Source: an uncultured bacterium
GTDB lineage: Bacteria; Verrucomicrobiota; Verrucomicrobiia; Verrucomicrobiales; Verrucomicrobiaceae
DNA length: 64,000 nt
Assembly: GCA_966252325.1 (NCBI GenBank)
Contig: CBINON010000023.1
Coordinates: 878 to 64,877, forward strand
Direction: 5' to 3'
Shown: positions 10,187 to 19,981 of the stretch, piece by piece
Numbering within the stretch: the first letter of the stretch is position 1
Layout of the letters: every line of letters starts with the position of its first letter
Translations under genes and position numbers: made by a program
The notes under the pieces: model-generated
Database searches by the model: none
The model's input: only the letters and a program-made list of their open reading frames with translations
What the model was told of the DNA's origin: nothing

Positions 10187-11974
10187 ATGTCAAAAATCCG
10201 CATTCTTCCTGACGCCCTGGCCAGCCAGGTGGCCGCCGGCGAGGTGGTGGAGCGGCCGGCCGCCGTGGTCCGCGAACTCGTCGAGAACAGTCTCGACGCC
10301 GGAGCCACGCACATCACGGTCGAGATCCAGCGCGGCGGGTCCGCTCTGATCCGGGTCACCGACGACGGCTGCGGCATGGGCCGAGAAGACGCGCTGCTCT
10401 GCATCGAGCGGCATGCCACCAGCAAGATCCGCACCAAGGAGGACCTTGCAGCCATCCGCAGCTTTGGTTTCCGCGGCGAGGCCCTGCCGAGCATTGCCAG
10501 CGTCGCCCGCTTCCGCCTGGCCACCCGCGAGGCCAGCGCCCTAGCCGGCACGGAGGTGGAGATCCACGGTGGCAAACTCGCGCATGTGCGCGACCACGGC
10601 GGCGCACCTGGCACGGTGATCGAGGCGCGCTCGTTGTTTTTCAACGTGCCCGCGCGCCGCAAGTTCCTGCGCACCGAAGCCACCGAGTACGCCCACGTCG
10701 AGCAGCAGTTCCGCCTGCACGCGATCGCCCATCCCGGCGTCGCCTTCACCCTGGTGCGCGACGGCAGCCCCGCCTTTCACCTGCCCTCCACCGCCGACCG
10801 ACTCGAACGCATCCGTGGCCTGGTCGGCGACGAACTGGCCGCGCGCCTCATTGAGGTGCGCCCCTTCAATCATCAGGGCATCCGTATCCACGGTCACATT
10901 GGCGGGCCGGGGCTGAGTCGCTCGAGCCGGCAGCAGCAGCTGACTTTCCTCAACGGCCGCCCGATCGAGAGTCCGGCGATCAACTACGGGCTGCGCGAGG
11001 GTTTCCACACCCTGCTCATGAAGGGGCAGTATCCGGTGACCTTCCTGTTCCTGGAAATGGAACCCGAAAGCTTCGACATCAACGTGCATCCGGCCAAGAA
11101 AGAGGTGCGCTTTCACGACGGCATCCGCGTCCGCGAAGCCGTCGCGCGCGCGGTCGGCCAAACCCTGGAGGGCACCTCCAGGCTGCCCGCCGCCGAAAGC
11201 TTCACACGCCCACCGCGTGTCGCCGCCCCGGCACCCCACCCGGTGCTGCCGCTGCAAGCGGTGCAGCCCGTGCCCGTGGCAGTTCCGCCGGTGCCGCCCG
11301 CAGTCGGACCTGTCGGACCTGTCGGACCTGTCGGACCTGTCGGACCCGTCGGACCCGTCGGCGCCGTGCCGGTGCCGCCGCGCGAGGCAACGCCGGAATT
11401 CCGTGTCATCGGTGTGCTCCACCGACTGTATGTACTGCTGGAAAGTCCAGAGGGACTGGTGCTCATGGACCAGCATGCGGCGCATGAACGTGTCAATTTC
11501 GAGCGCATGCGCCGCGCCATGGAACAGGGCGGCGTGCCCAGCCAGCGCCTGCTGATGCCGGTCACTCTGCAGGCCAGCCCGCGCGACGCCGACCTTCTGG
11601 CCCGCAACCTGCCAACCCTGGCAAGGCTCGGCATCGAGGCCGAAGCCTTCGGGCCGAACACCTTCAAGATTGAGGCCCTGCCCACCTTTGTGAAGACCGA
11701 CGACCCGATAGGCTGGCTGGATCAGGTCATCGAGGAGTTGCGCAGCGCCAGTTCGCGCACCTCCAGCCTGCGCTTGGGTGAAGACATGATCGCCACCACG
11801 GTCTGCCGTCATTCGGTCAAGGCCAATGACCGCCTTGCACCCGCCGAAATCGAGGCGCTGCTGCGCGACCTGCTCGCCTGCGAAATGCCCTACTGCTGCC
11901 CGCACGGCCGCCCCACCCTCATCCAGATGTCGCTCGCGGAACTCGAGCGGAAATTTGGCCGGCGCGCGCCCTGA
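10187..11974 (+). CDS. mutL: DNA mismatch repair protein MutL (endonuclease type)
   Basis: N-terminal GHKL ATPase motifs (VVRELVENSLDAGAT, DDGCGM). C-terminal endonuclease motif DQHAAHERVNFE (DQHAxxExxxxE). The two domains are joined by a Pro/Val-rich linker that contains a tandem repeat. Confidence 0.95.
   Translation: MSKIRILPDALASQVAAGEVVERPAAVVRELVENSLDAGATHITVEIQRGGSALIRVTDDGCGMGREDALLCIERHATSKIRTKEDLAAIRSFGFRGEALPSIASVARFRLATREASALAGTEVEIHGGKLAHVRDHGGAPGTVIEARSLFFNVPARRKFLRTEATEYAHVEQQFRLHAIAHPGVAFTLVRDGSPAFHLPSTADRLERIRGLVGDELAARLIEVRPFNHQGIRIHGHIGGPGLSRSSRQQQLTFLNGRPIESPAINYGLREGFHTLLMKGQYPVTFLFLEMEPESFDINVHPAKKEVRFHDGIRVREAVARAVGQTLEGTSRLPAAESFTRPPRVAAPAPHPVLPLQAVQPVPVAVPPVPPAVGPVGPVGPVGPVGPVGPVGAVPVPPREATPEFRVIGVLHRLYVLLESPEGLVLMDQHAAHERVNFERMRRAMEQGGVPSQRLLMPVTLQASPRDADLLARNLPTLARLGIEAEAFGPNTFKIEALPTFVKTDDPIGWLDQVIEELRSASSRTSSLRLGEDMIATTVCRHSVKANDRLAPAEIEALLRDLLACEMPYCCPHGRPTLIQMSLAELERKFGRRAP
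11303..11365 (+). repeat. in-frame 9-bp tandem repeat (GTCGGACCY, 6 good copies plus 1 degenerate) inside mutL
   Basis: Read directly: gtcggacct x4, gtcggaccc x2, gtcggcgcc x1, encoding VGPVGPVGPVGPVGPVGPVGA in the MutL interdomain linker. Confidence 0.9.
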
Positions 11975-12048
11975 AGAAATCGTCACATCTTCCAGCTCGC
12001 CCTCGAGTCCTCACCGCCCTAAGTGTCACTTTCGCCACAATTCCCACC

Positions 12049-13707
12049 ATGATTCTCGCCTTCCTAACCTTTCTCGGCAGCCTCGGTCTCTTCCTCTTCG
12101 GCATGAAGGTGATGAGCGAGGCCCTGCAAAAACTCTCGGGCGAGCGTCTGCGCGGCATGATGCGGGCGATGACGGTGAACCGATTCACCGGCCTGCTCTC
12201 CGGCCTGCTGGTGACCAGCCTCGTGCAATCCTCATCGGCGACGACGGTGATGATCGTCAGTTTCGTCAACGCCGGCCTGCTCAACCTGTTCGAGTCGATC
12301 GGCATGATCATGGGCGCCAACCTCGGCACGACTACCACGTTCTGGATCATCTCCTTCCTCGGCTTCAAGTTCAGCCTGAGCAGCATCGCCCTGCCCATCA
12401 TTGGCGTCGGCTTCCCGATGATGTTCCTGCGCAACGCCAAGATCCGCGACAGCGGCGAGTTCCTGGTCGGCTTCGGCCTGCTGTTCTTCGGCCTGCTCAT
12501 GCTCAAGGACTCGGTGCCCGACATCCAGAAGAGCCCGGAGCTGCTGCAGTTCGTGCAGAGCTTCACCGGCAAGGGGATTTTCTCCGTGCTGTTCTTTTTC
12601 ACCTTCGGCACGGTACTGACCATTCTGGTGCAGTCCTCCTCGGTGGCCGGCGCCATCACCCTGACCCTCGCCTACAAGGGCTGGATCGACTACCCCTCGT
12701 CGGCCGCCATCATCCTCGGCGAGAACGTCGGCACGACGATCACCGCCAACATCGCCGCCATCACCGGCAACACCGCCGCCAAGCGCGCCGCCTTCGCCCA
12801 CTTCCTGTTCAATGCCCTCGGCGTCGTCTGGGCCATCCTGCTGTTCGCGCCCTTTGCCGGACTCATCGACTGGCTTGTCCCCGGCGACGCCACCCAGCCC
12901 AAGGCCCTGCCCCTGCACCTCGCCGGCTTCCACAGTGGCTTCAACCTCCTCAACATCGCCCTCATGATCGGCTTCGTGCCGCAGCTCGTTCGTCTGGTCG
13001 AACGCGCGATCCGCGGCCGGCCGGAGGGCCCGGCCACCCATGTCAGCCTGCGCCGGGGGTCGCTGCCTCAGACCGCCGAACTCAGCCTGGCCGAGGCCGA
13101 GCGCGAGGTGCAAACCCTGACGACCCACGCGCGCGAACTGGTCGACGGCTTCCTCGAGGTTTTTGGTCGCCCTGAGGCGGAAACTTCCTCCCGCCTGGAC
13201 AGCCTGCGGCAGCTCGAGGAGACCAGTGATGAGATTGCGCTCGACGTCACCCAGTACCTGGTGCGCTGCTCCTCGGCCGGCCTCAGCGAGGCGTCGATGA
13301 CACGTGTCGCCGCGCTGCTGCGTGTCATCGCCGAACTCGAGGACATGTGCGACTGCGGCAACCGCCTCATTCAGCTCTCCAGCCGGCGCGTGCGCAAGGG
13401 TCACGAACTGCCTGAGGAAACCCTCGCACAGCTGCGTGAGTACGGCCGCCTGCTCGCCGAATTCCTCAGCTTCCTCGCCGGCTGCCTGCCGCGCGGAGTG
13501 CAGGCCCAGGACATGGAGATCGCGCTGGAAATGGAGGCGCGCATCGACGCCGCGCGCAAGCGCCTGCGCAAGGAGTCGGTGACCCGCATGCTGGCCTCCG
13601 GCGAAACGATCAAGGCCGAGGTTCTGTACATGGACGTGCTCAACAACATGCGCCGGGTTGGCAAGCATGCGATGAACATCCTCGAAGCCCTGCGCCTGGA
13701 GGCCTGA
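12049..13707 (+). CDS. Na+/phosphate cotransporter family protein with C-terminal PhoU-like domain
   Basis: 552 aa. N-terminus MILAFLTFLGSLGLFLFGMKVMSEALQKL and the duplicated QSSSATT / QSSSVAG blocks are typical of the NptA/YjbB family. The ~200-aa helical C-terminal region resembles PhoU repeats. Confidence 0.9.
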   Translation: MILAFLTFLGSLGLFLFGMKVMSEALQKLSGERLRGMMRAMTVNRFTGLLSGLLVTSLVQSSSATTVMIVSFVNAGLLNLFESIGMIMGANLGTTTTFWIISFLGFKFSLSSIALPIIGVGFPMMFLRNAKIRDSGEFLVGFGLLFFGLLMLKDSVPDIQKSPELLQFVQSFTGKGIFSVLFFFTFGTVLTILVQSSSVAGAITLTLAYKGWIDYPSSAAIILGENVGTTITANIAAITGNTAAKRAAFAHFLFNALGVVWAILLFAPFAGLIDWLVPGDATQPKALPLHLAGFHSGFNLLNIALMIGFVPQLVRLVERAIRGRPEGPATHVSLRRGSLPQTAELSLAEAEREVQTLTTHARELVDGFLEVFGRPEAETSSRLDSLRQLEETSDEIALDVTQYLVRCSSAGLSEASMTRVAALLRVIAELEDMCDCGNRLIQLSSRRVRKGHELPEETLAQLREYGRLLAEFLSFLAGCLPRGVQAQDMEIALEMEARIDAARKRLRKESVTRMLASGETIKAEVLYMDVLNNMRRVGKHAMNILEALRLEA

Positions 13708-13714
13708 GAGGCCG

Positions 13715-14476
13715 CTAGCCGATGCGGCCGCGCACATAGGCCTCAGTGCGGGCGTCGAGCGGTGTCGTGAACAGCTCCAGGGTCGGCCCGGCCTCAATCA
13801 GCCGGCCCTGGTAAAAAAAGGCCGTCCGGTCGGCCACCCGGCGCGCCTGCTCGAGGTTGTGGGTGACAATGACGATCGTGTAATCCTGGCGCAACCGGCT
13901 GAGCAACTCCTCGATCTTCAGGGTCGCCACCGGATCGAGTGAGGCGCAGGGCTCGTCCATGAGCAGGATTTCCGGTTGGTTGGCGATCGCCCGGGCGATG
14001 CACAGGCGCTGCTGCTGGCCGCCGGACAGGCCGGCGGCGCCCTCATGCAGGCGGTCCTTCACCTCGTCCCACAGAAAGGCCTCGCGCAGGCTGCGCTCGG
14101 CGGCCTCGTCCAGGCGGCGGCGGTCGCGGCAGCCGGCGATGCGCAGCGGGAAGACGACGTTTTCATAGAGGCTGGCGGCAAACGGATTGGTCTTCTGGAA
14201 CACCATGCCGACGCGCCGGCGCAGGGCGATGACCTCGGCTGCGGGATCAAAGACACTGCGGCCGCCGACCCGGATGTCGCCGGTGTGGCGCACCTCGTCA
14301 TTGAGATCGTGCAGGCGGTTGAAGTTGCGCAGCAGGGTGGTCTTGCCGCAGCCGGAGGGGCCGATGAAGGCGGTGATCTCACGCTCGCGCACCGCCAGGC
14401 AGATGCCATCGAGCACCTGCTTCGGGCCGTACCAGAAGGAGAAGTTGTCGACGTGGAGGGTGTCGCGCGGTGTCAT
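13715..14476 (-). CDS. pstB: phosphate ABC transporter ATP-binding protein PstB
   Basis: Walker A GPSGCGKTT, signature LSGGQQQRL, Walker B LLMDEP, and the PstB-typical N-terminus (LHVDNFSFWYG). Confidence 0.95.
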   Translation of the reverse strand: MTPRDTLHVDNFSFWYGPKQVLDGICLAVREREITAFIGPSGCGKTTLLRNFNRLHDLNDEVRHTGDIRVGGRSVFDPAAEVIALRRRVGMVFQKTNPFAASLYENVVFPLRIAGCRDRRRLDEAAERSLREAFLWDEVKDRLHEGAAGLSGGQQQRLCIARAIANQPEILLMDEPCASLDPVATLKIEELLSRLRQDYTIVIVTHNLEQARRVADRTAFFYQGRLIEAGPTLELFTTPLDARTEAYVRGRIG

Positions 14477-14482
14477 GGCGAA

Positions 14483-16261
14483 TCAGAACAGCCCGGCCTG
14501 GTGACGTCGGCGCAGCCGTGCGCGGACCCGGATGGCGGCGAGGTTGAGCAGCAGCACCAGCAAAAGCAGCAGCAGGGTGGTGGCAAAGACCATCGGGATC
14601 GCCGCCTCGGCGTCGGGCGATTGAAAGCCGAGGTCATAGATGTGGAAGCCGAGGTGCATGAACTTGCGTTCGGGGTGCAGGAACGGCCAGGTGCCATCGA
14701 CCGGCAGGGCCGGCGCCAGCTTGACGACACCGGTGATCATCAGCGGCGCCACCTCGCCGGCGCCCCGCGCCATGGCCAGGATGACCCCCGTCATCATGCC
14801 CGGCAGGGCGCCCGGCAGAACGACATGACGGATCATCTGCCAGCGCGAGGCTCCCGCAGCCAGCGCGGCCTCGCGGATGCCCTGCGGCACGGCTGCCAGC
14901 GCCTCCTCGGTCGCCACAATGACGACCGGCAGGGTCATCAGGGCCAGGGTCAGCGAGGCCCAGAGAAGACCGCCGGTGCCGTAGGTCGGTGCTGGCAGGC
15001 GCTCGCGGAAAAAGCCGCTGAAGTACGGACAGCGCGCCAGGGCCAGGAAGAGCAGGAGCACCCCGGCGATCCACAGCGCACCCTCGAGACGTCGTCGACC
15101 CGCCGCGCGGCGCGCCTGGCCCGGCACCGGGGCGCCGTTGGCCATGGCCAGCCAGGAGGCGGTGCCGACGGCGGCCAGCGCGCCCAGGGCGCACAGCGAC
15201 CAAGTCACGGGCGGCAGTGGCTGCCGTGCGCCACCATCGATGAAGCCGCCGGCGCCGTAGACAAAAAAACCGAGCCCGAAAACGCCAAAGACGATGGAGG
15301 GCACGCCGGCCAGGTTGTTGACGCAGATCCGCACGGTGCGCACGGCCAGGCCCTGGCGTGCATACTCGCGCAGGTAAACCGCGGCCAGCACGCCCAGGGG
15401 CGTCACCAGCACGGCCATCAGCAGGGTCATCACAAAGGTGCCAAACAAGGCCGGAAAAACGCCGCCCTCCGTGTTCGCCTCGCGCGGTTCGGCGCTGAGA
15501 AACTCGCTCACACCGGCCGCAAACACACCCACACGATTCCAGAGACCCAGCCCCACCGCCGGATGCATGCGCAGCAGGTCGGCGACCCGGTAGGAACACG
15601 GCTCCCCGGAGGCGAGTCGGACCTCGAGCCGCGCCGCCTCCAGGGTCTCTCGCAACTGTCGGGCTTCAGCGGCCAGGGCCTCGAACCGGCGCTGTTCTTC
15701 AGCGCCCGCCTGCAGCCGCCCGGCAAGGGCCGGGATGCGGCGTTTCTCCAGGTCGAGAATGGCAGCACGGCGGGCATGACCGGCCGCCATCGCCTGCTGC
15801 AGCACCGACTCAAAAGCCGCCTCATCCGCCCCGATTCGCCGACCGTCGCCCAGATGCAGGGCCTCCGGCCGAAAGATGGCGTCGCCGTGCTCGCTGCGGC
15901 GCGCCACCCAGTAACCGTGCGCCGGCGCGCGCTCAAGGATCCTGGACGCTTCGATGCGACGGAAGGCCAACCGGTAGACCTCCTTGTTGCCGGTGAAGTA
16001 CTGGTGCTCGACGGCCCCGCTGCGGTCCGGACCACGCCGCTCCGCCACGCGCACGAGGCTGCCGGCGAAGGTCTCCACACCGCCGTCGTCCGTGCGCGCA
16101 CTGACCTGCCAGACATCGCGCGGCCAGAACACCGCCAGTCCCTTGACCGCGACCAGCAGCAGCAGGCCGGCAATCATGATCAGGCCCACGGCCAGACCGG
16201 CCGCACTCAGCCAGACAAAGGGTTCGGCGCGCGGGCGCGGGACTGGTGCTTCGGAACTCAT
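14483..16261 (-). CDS. pstA: phosphate ABC transporter permease PstA, long form
   Basis: 592 aa. The C-terminal half carries the MetI-type permease core with EAALAAGASRWQMI (EAA loop). A ~250-aa soluble insertion follows TM1. ATGA-type overlap with pstC. Confidence 0.85.
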   Translation of the reverse strand: MSSEAPVPRPRAEPFVWLSAAGLAVGLIMIAGLLLLVAVKGLAVFWPRDVWQVSARTDDGGVETFAGSLVRVAERRGPDRSGAVEHQYFTGNKEVYRLAFRRIEASRILERAPAHGYWVARRSEHGDAIFRPEALHLGDGRRIGADEAAFESVLQQAMAAGHARRAAILDLEKRRIPALAGRLQAGAEEQRRFEALAAEARQLRETLEAARLEVRLASGEPCSYRVADLLRMHPAVGLGLWNRVGVFAAGVSEFLSAEPREANTEGGVFPALFGTFVMTLLMAVLVTPLGVLAAVYLREYARQGLAVRTVRICVNNLAGVPSIVFGVFGLGFFVYGAGGFIDGGARQPLPPVTWSLCALGALAAVGTASWLAMANGAPVPGQARRAAGRRRLEGALWIAGVLLLFLALARCPYFSGFFRERLPAPTYGTGGLLWASLTLALMTLPVVIVATEEALAAVPQGIREAALAAGASRWQMIRHVVLPGALPGMMTGVILAMARGAGEVAPLMITGVVKLAPALPVDGTWPFLHPERKFMHLGFHIYDLGFQSPDAEAAIPMVFATTLLLLLLVLLLNLAAIRVRARLRRRHQAGLF

Positions 16262-18606
16262 GAACCGGTCTTGTAGCGCGCGCGCAGCCGTTGCCGCAGC
16301 AACTCGGCGGCCGTGTTGAGGACGAAGGTCATCAGGAACAGCGCCAGGGCGCCGAGGAAAAGCGTGCGATAGTGGGTGGATCCCTGGGCGGCCTCGGGCA
16401 ACTCTACCGCCAGGTTGGCCGACAGCGTGCGCATGCCATCAAACGGATTCCAGTGCGCGGCCAGGGGGAAGCCCCCCTCGCCCAACAGCAAACCGCCGGC
16501 CGCATCCATCACCGGCGTGTTGCCAGTCGCCATGACCACAATCATCGTCTCGCCCACCGCGCGACCAAAGCCGATCATGAGCGCCGAGAACAGGCCGGCG
16601 GAGGCGACCGGCAGCACAATGGTGCGCGCCACCTGCCAGCGCGAGGCCCCAAGGGCCTCGGCGGCGGCGACCAGGTCGCGCGGCACATGGGCCAGGGCAT
16701 CCTCGGCGAGGGTGAAGATCACCGGGATGACGGCGAAGCCCATCATGAAACCGACCACCAGGCCGTTGCGCTGGTCAAAGGGCAGGCCGGTGACCTGGGG
16801 CCACCAGAGACGGAAATCGGCGACCCGCGCGCCATCGGGCAGGACGGCGACGCAGAAGCTGCTCTCGAGCAAGGGTCCAAGCTGCCAGGCGGCCCAGCCC
16901 GCCAGCAGCAGCAGGGGCGCCAGCAGGAGCGGTTCCCACCCCTCCAGCCGCCGCAGACTGCGCCCGTGCGGCAGCGTCCGCCAGACGGCCGCGGTCGAAA
17001 GCGCCGCCAGTGGCAGGACGGTGAGCAGCAGCAGGGCGGAGGGCACCCGCGTTTCGATCAGCGGCGCCAGCCAGAGCGCGGCAACAAAACCCAGCACGAC
17101 TGAAGGCAGCGAGGCCATGATCTCCATGGCCGGCTTGACCACCGCGCGCAGACGGGGGCGGGCAAACTGCGCCGTGTAAAGGGCCGCCAGCAGGGCCACC
17201 GGCACGGCAAAGATCATGGCGTAAAAGGTGCCCTTGAACGAACCTATGATGAGCGGCACGAGGGACAACTTGGGTTCAAAATCGTCCGAGCCGCTGGTCG
17301 ATTGCCAAGCGTGGGCGGGTCGTGCAAAACCCTCATACCAAAGCTTGCCGAAAAACGCGCGCAGACCGGCCTCGGGATGCGGATCATCGATCCGAAACAG
17401 CTGCACGCGGCCCTCACAGGTCACCACCGCAAGGTGCTCGCCACGGGCATCCACCAGCAAGGAGGAAACGCCGCCCGGCAAAGGCAGGCGTCGGCGCACA
17501 CTGGCTGTCGTGGCCTGGCAGAGCGCCAGTTCCCCGGCTCCGGCCACCACAAAGCTGCGTCCGGTCGGTGAAGCCGAACAGGCCTGCAGCGCCCCCTTCA
17601 GCGGCCGCAGTTCACGGGTCAGGCCAAACTCGCGGTGGCGCCCGCCTTCCGGCACGAACAGGCTGTAGAGTCGCACCCGGCCGTCGAGATCGTGGCAGAT
17701 CAGGCTGACCCCACCGGCTAAAAACTCGATGCCCACCAGGTCCGTGTCCGCGAATGGCCGCCAGACCTGGCGCAACTGCCAGCCCTGCGCTGAATAGTGC
17801 AGAAACAGCACCCTCCCATCCGCTGTCCGCACGGCCATGCCCTCCGCCAGCACCACGACCTGTTCCGGCACGGCTCCGTCGAGACGGTCCGTCAAATCTT
17901 CGCTGGATTCCGTCAGCGGCGCACCGCCACCCATCAAACTGCGCCGCTCCCGCAGCACCAACCCGTGCAGACGGCGCCCCTGCGGCCCCTCGCCCAGGAG
18001 CGCCACCAGACGGCGCTCGCCAAAGCCGGCGTATGCCAGCTGGCACAGCTCTGCCGGCGCGCCGGGCATGGCCGGCAGACGCTCCACCTCGATCCGATCC
18101 GTGACTCCATCCGCGGTCGTCAACCGCGGAGTCAGCAAGGCCAGACGGCCGTCGTCGAGCAGGGCAACGAAGCCGCTGCCGTCGGGATTGCGCGTCAGGT
18201 GCCGCGGGCGCAGCCCCGCAGGCAGGGGCAGCGCCTGCTCGCGACCGTCGCTGCCACGCAACCGCAGCACAGCCGCCTCGGCGTCATGCCATCCGACGCT
18301 GCCGCCCTGGCCGTCGAGCCACAGCGCGGCACCGACCGGTGCGCGCACGCTCCCGAGCGCCTCGAGGCGCGCACCGCGGAAGAGCGGCGCCACCTCCAGC
18401 AGAATGAACAGCAGCATGCCAAACACCACGGCGATGACGGCGATGCCTCCAAAGACGATGAGCGCGTGCATGAGGCGGTCGGTGCGACGCACCGAGGCGG
18501 CCACGCGGAAACGCGCGGGCAGGCCGTCACCCTCCCCGCCGCCCGGGGTGGCGACCGCGTCCTCGGCTCGGCGTTGGGATGGCATGACAGCGTGGCTGGC
18601 GCGCAC
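16258..18606 (-). CDS. pstC: phosphate ABC transporter permease PstC, long form with ~400-aa periplasmic N-terminal domain
   Basis: 782 aa. The C-terminal ~330 aa have the PstC permease core with EAAEALGASRWQ (EAA loop). The N-terminal part is one TM helix followed by a beta-rich region (repeated DGR..L / GR..L strands). The start may be MPSQRR at 18585. Confidence 0.85.
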   Translation of the reverse strand: MRASHAVMPSQRRAEDAVATPGGGEGDGLPARFRVAASVRRTDRLMHALIVFGGIAVIAVVFGMLLFILLEVAPLFRGARLEALGSVRAPVGAALWLDGQGGSVGWHDAEAAVLRLRGSDGREQALPLPAGLRPRHLTRNPDGSGFVALLDDGRLALLTPRLTTADGVTDRIEVERLPAMPGAPAELCQLAYAGFGERRLVALLGEGPQGRRLHGLVLRERRSLMGGGAPLTESSEDLTDRLDGAVPEQVVVLAEGMAVRTADGRVLFLHYSAQGWQLRQVWRPFADTDLVGIEFLAGGVSLICHDLDGRVRLYSLFVPEGGRHREFGLTRELRPLKGALQACSASPTGRSFVVAGAGELALCQATTASVRRRLPLPGGVSSLLVDARGEHLAVVTCEGRVQLFRIDDPHPEAGLRAFFGKLWYEGFARPAHAWQSTSGSDDFEPKLSLVPLIIGSFKGTFYAMIFAVPVALLAALYTAQFARPRLRAVVKPAMEIMASLPSVVLGFVAALWLAPLIETRVPSALLLLTVLPLAALSTAAVWRTLPHGRSLRRLEGWEPLLLAPLLLLAGWAAWQLGPLLESSFCVAVLPDGARVADFRLWWPQVTGLPFDQRNGLVVGFMMGFAVIPVIFTLAEDALAHVPRDLVAAAEALGASRWQVARTIVLPVASAGLFSALMIGFGRAVGETMIVVMATGNTPVMDAAGGLLLGEGGFPLAAHWNPFDGMRTLSANLAVELPEAAQGSTHYRTLFLGALALFLMTFVLNTAAELLRQRLRARYKTGS

Positions 18607-18723
18607 GGCGCCAGCTGCATCAAAGGGGGCGCCCGTCGCTTTGCAACCGCGATTGCGGCACCTTCCCCTTGCCCGCCGGCGTAGAAACGTCTACCTAAAC
18701 CTTCCGAACCACCCCACCGACCC

Positions 18724-19335
18724 ATGGCCCACACCCTCGCCCCCCTGCCCTACGACAAAGCGGCCCTCGAGCCCCACATCGACGCCGCCACGATGGAGAT
18801 CCACCACGGTCGTCATCACAACGCCTACGTGACCAATCTCAATGCCGCCCTCGCCGGCAAGGCCGACCTTGAGGCGCTGTCCATTGAGGACCTCTGCAAG
18901 AACCTCGCCCAGGTGCCCGCCGACATCCAGACTGCCGTGCGCAACAACGGTGGCGGCCACTACAACCACACGCTGTTCTGGAACCTCATGGCCCCGAACG
19001 CCGGCGGCGCGCCGACCGGCAAACTCGCCGAGGCCATCGACGCCGCCTTCGGCAGCTTCGACGCCTTCAAGGAAGCCTTCGCCAAGGCCGGGGTCACCCG
19101 CTTCGGCTCCGGCTGGGCCTGGCTGGTCGTCAAGGACGGCAAGCTCGCCATCACCTCAACGCCGAACCAGGACAACCCGCTCATGGACGGCAGCGGCACG
19201 CCGATCCTCGGCTGCGACGTCTGGGAACACGCCTACTACCTCAAGTACCAGAACAAGCGCCCCGACTACATCGGCGCCTGGTGGAACGTGGTGAACTGGA
19301 ACGCCGTCGCCGAGCTCTACGCCAAGGCGCTCTGA
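18724..19335 (+). CDS. sodA: superoxide dismutase (Mn type)
   Basis: [39 protein letters not shown] (as in E. coli SodA ANQDSPLM) and DVWEHAYYL. Confidence 0.95.
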   Translation: MAHTLAPLPYDKAALEPHIDAATMEIHHGRHHNAYVTNLNAALAGKADLEALSIEDLCKNLAQVPADIQTAVRNNGGGHYNHTLFWNLMAPNAGGAPTGKLAEAIDAAFGSFDAFKEAFAKAGVTRFGSGWAWLVVKDGKLAITSTPNQDNPLMDGSGTPILGCDVWEHAYYLKYQNKRPDYIGAWWNVVNWNAVAELYAKAL

Positions 19336-19352
19336 GCCCGCCCGACTTCATC

Positions 19353-19387
19353 GCCGCCGGCGCCGCAAGGCCCGGCGGCTTTTTGTT
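19353..19387 (+). terminator. rho-independent terminator after sodA
   Basis: GCCGCCGG (19353-19360) pairs with CCGGCGGC (19372-19379), immediately followed by TTTTTGTT. Confidence 0.6.
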
Positions 19388-19499
19388 GGCCGCGGTTCGA
19401 CGCGCATCGCTTGCGACGCCCTTTCCGGAATGGAACCGGTCCCATGGCCATCGGATTCACTGGCACGCGATGCCCGCGGGAGTATATTCATGTTTTGTC

Positions 19500-19931
19500 A
19501 TGGCCGAACCCGCCCCCACCATCGAAACCCGCGAGGAAGTCATGTTTTTCGACACCGACATCGGCGGGGTCGTCCACAACATCGCCTACCTGCGCATGAT
19601 CGAGACCGCGCGCACCCGCCTCGCCGCCAAGCTCGGCATGCAACTGCGCGAGATGGCGCAAACCCAGGTCTACCCGGTCGTCGTGCGCACGGAGATCGAT
19701 TACCGCAAACCCGCCACCCTCGGCGATGATCTCGTCATCTCCGGCCGCCTGGAATCGGTCGAGCGCGTGCGTTTCTGGGTGGCCTTCGAAATCCGCCGCG
19801 CCGGCGAGGACACCCGCCTGATCACCTGCCGGCAGTCGCTCGCCCTGGTGCAGATGCCGCAGGGCCGGCCGCTGCGCCTGCCGGCCGACTGGGCCGACAA
19901 GTACGGCCACCTCGGTCGCGAGACCGCCTGA
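19500..19931 (+). CDS. acyl-CoA thioesterase, 4HBT/YbgC family
   Basis: Internal start MAEPAPTIETREEVMFFDTDIGGVVHNIAYLRMIE. DxDxxGxVHNxxY is the hot-dog 4HBT catalytic block. Confidence 0.8.
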   Translation: MAEPAPTIETREEVMFFDTDIGGVVHNIAYLRMIETARTRLAAKLGMQLREMAQTQVYPVVVRTEIDYRKPATLGDDLVISGRLESVERVRFWVAFEIRRAGEDTRLITCRQSLALVQMPQGRPLRLPADWADKYGHLGRETA

Positions 19932-19981
19932 GACGCGCCACGGCACTTGCGCGGCCGGCGCCACCGGCTTAAAAAGCCGCC

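Noticed and set aside
11303-11365. Considered whether the short direct repeats could be a CRISPR array
   Set aside because: The unit is 9 bp with no spacers and lies in-frame inside a conserved gene. No cas genes are present in the window. No other repeat-spacer structure was seen.
11113-11685. ORFs in other frames and strands across the mutL repeat giving SDRSDRSDR, VRQVRQVRQ and TGPTGPTGP peptides
   Set aside because: These are alternative-frame readings of the 9-bp tandem repeat inside mutL. The mutL frame is continuous and carries both conserved domains, so these are not independent genes.
11975-12048. Pho-box search upstream of the Na/Pi transporter, pstC (18607-18723) and phoD (28649-28777)
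   Set aside because: Only loose GTCAC fragments are present (GTCACATCTTCC, GTGTCACTTTCGCCACAAT), without the 11-bp direct-repeat spacing of a Pho box. No motif is shared by the three regions, so no operator was called.
13976-16276. 766-aa plus-strand ORF over pstB/pstA
   Set aside because: It is antisense to two genes with unambiguous ABC motifs. The product is Gly/Ala/Gln/Arg-rich junk. The same reasoning applies to 16291-17103 and 17797-18832 over pstC.
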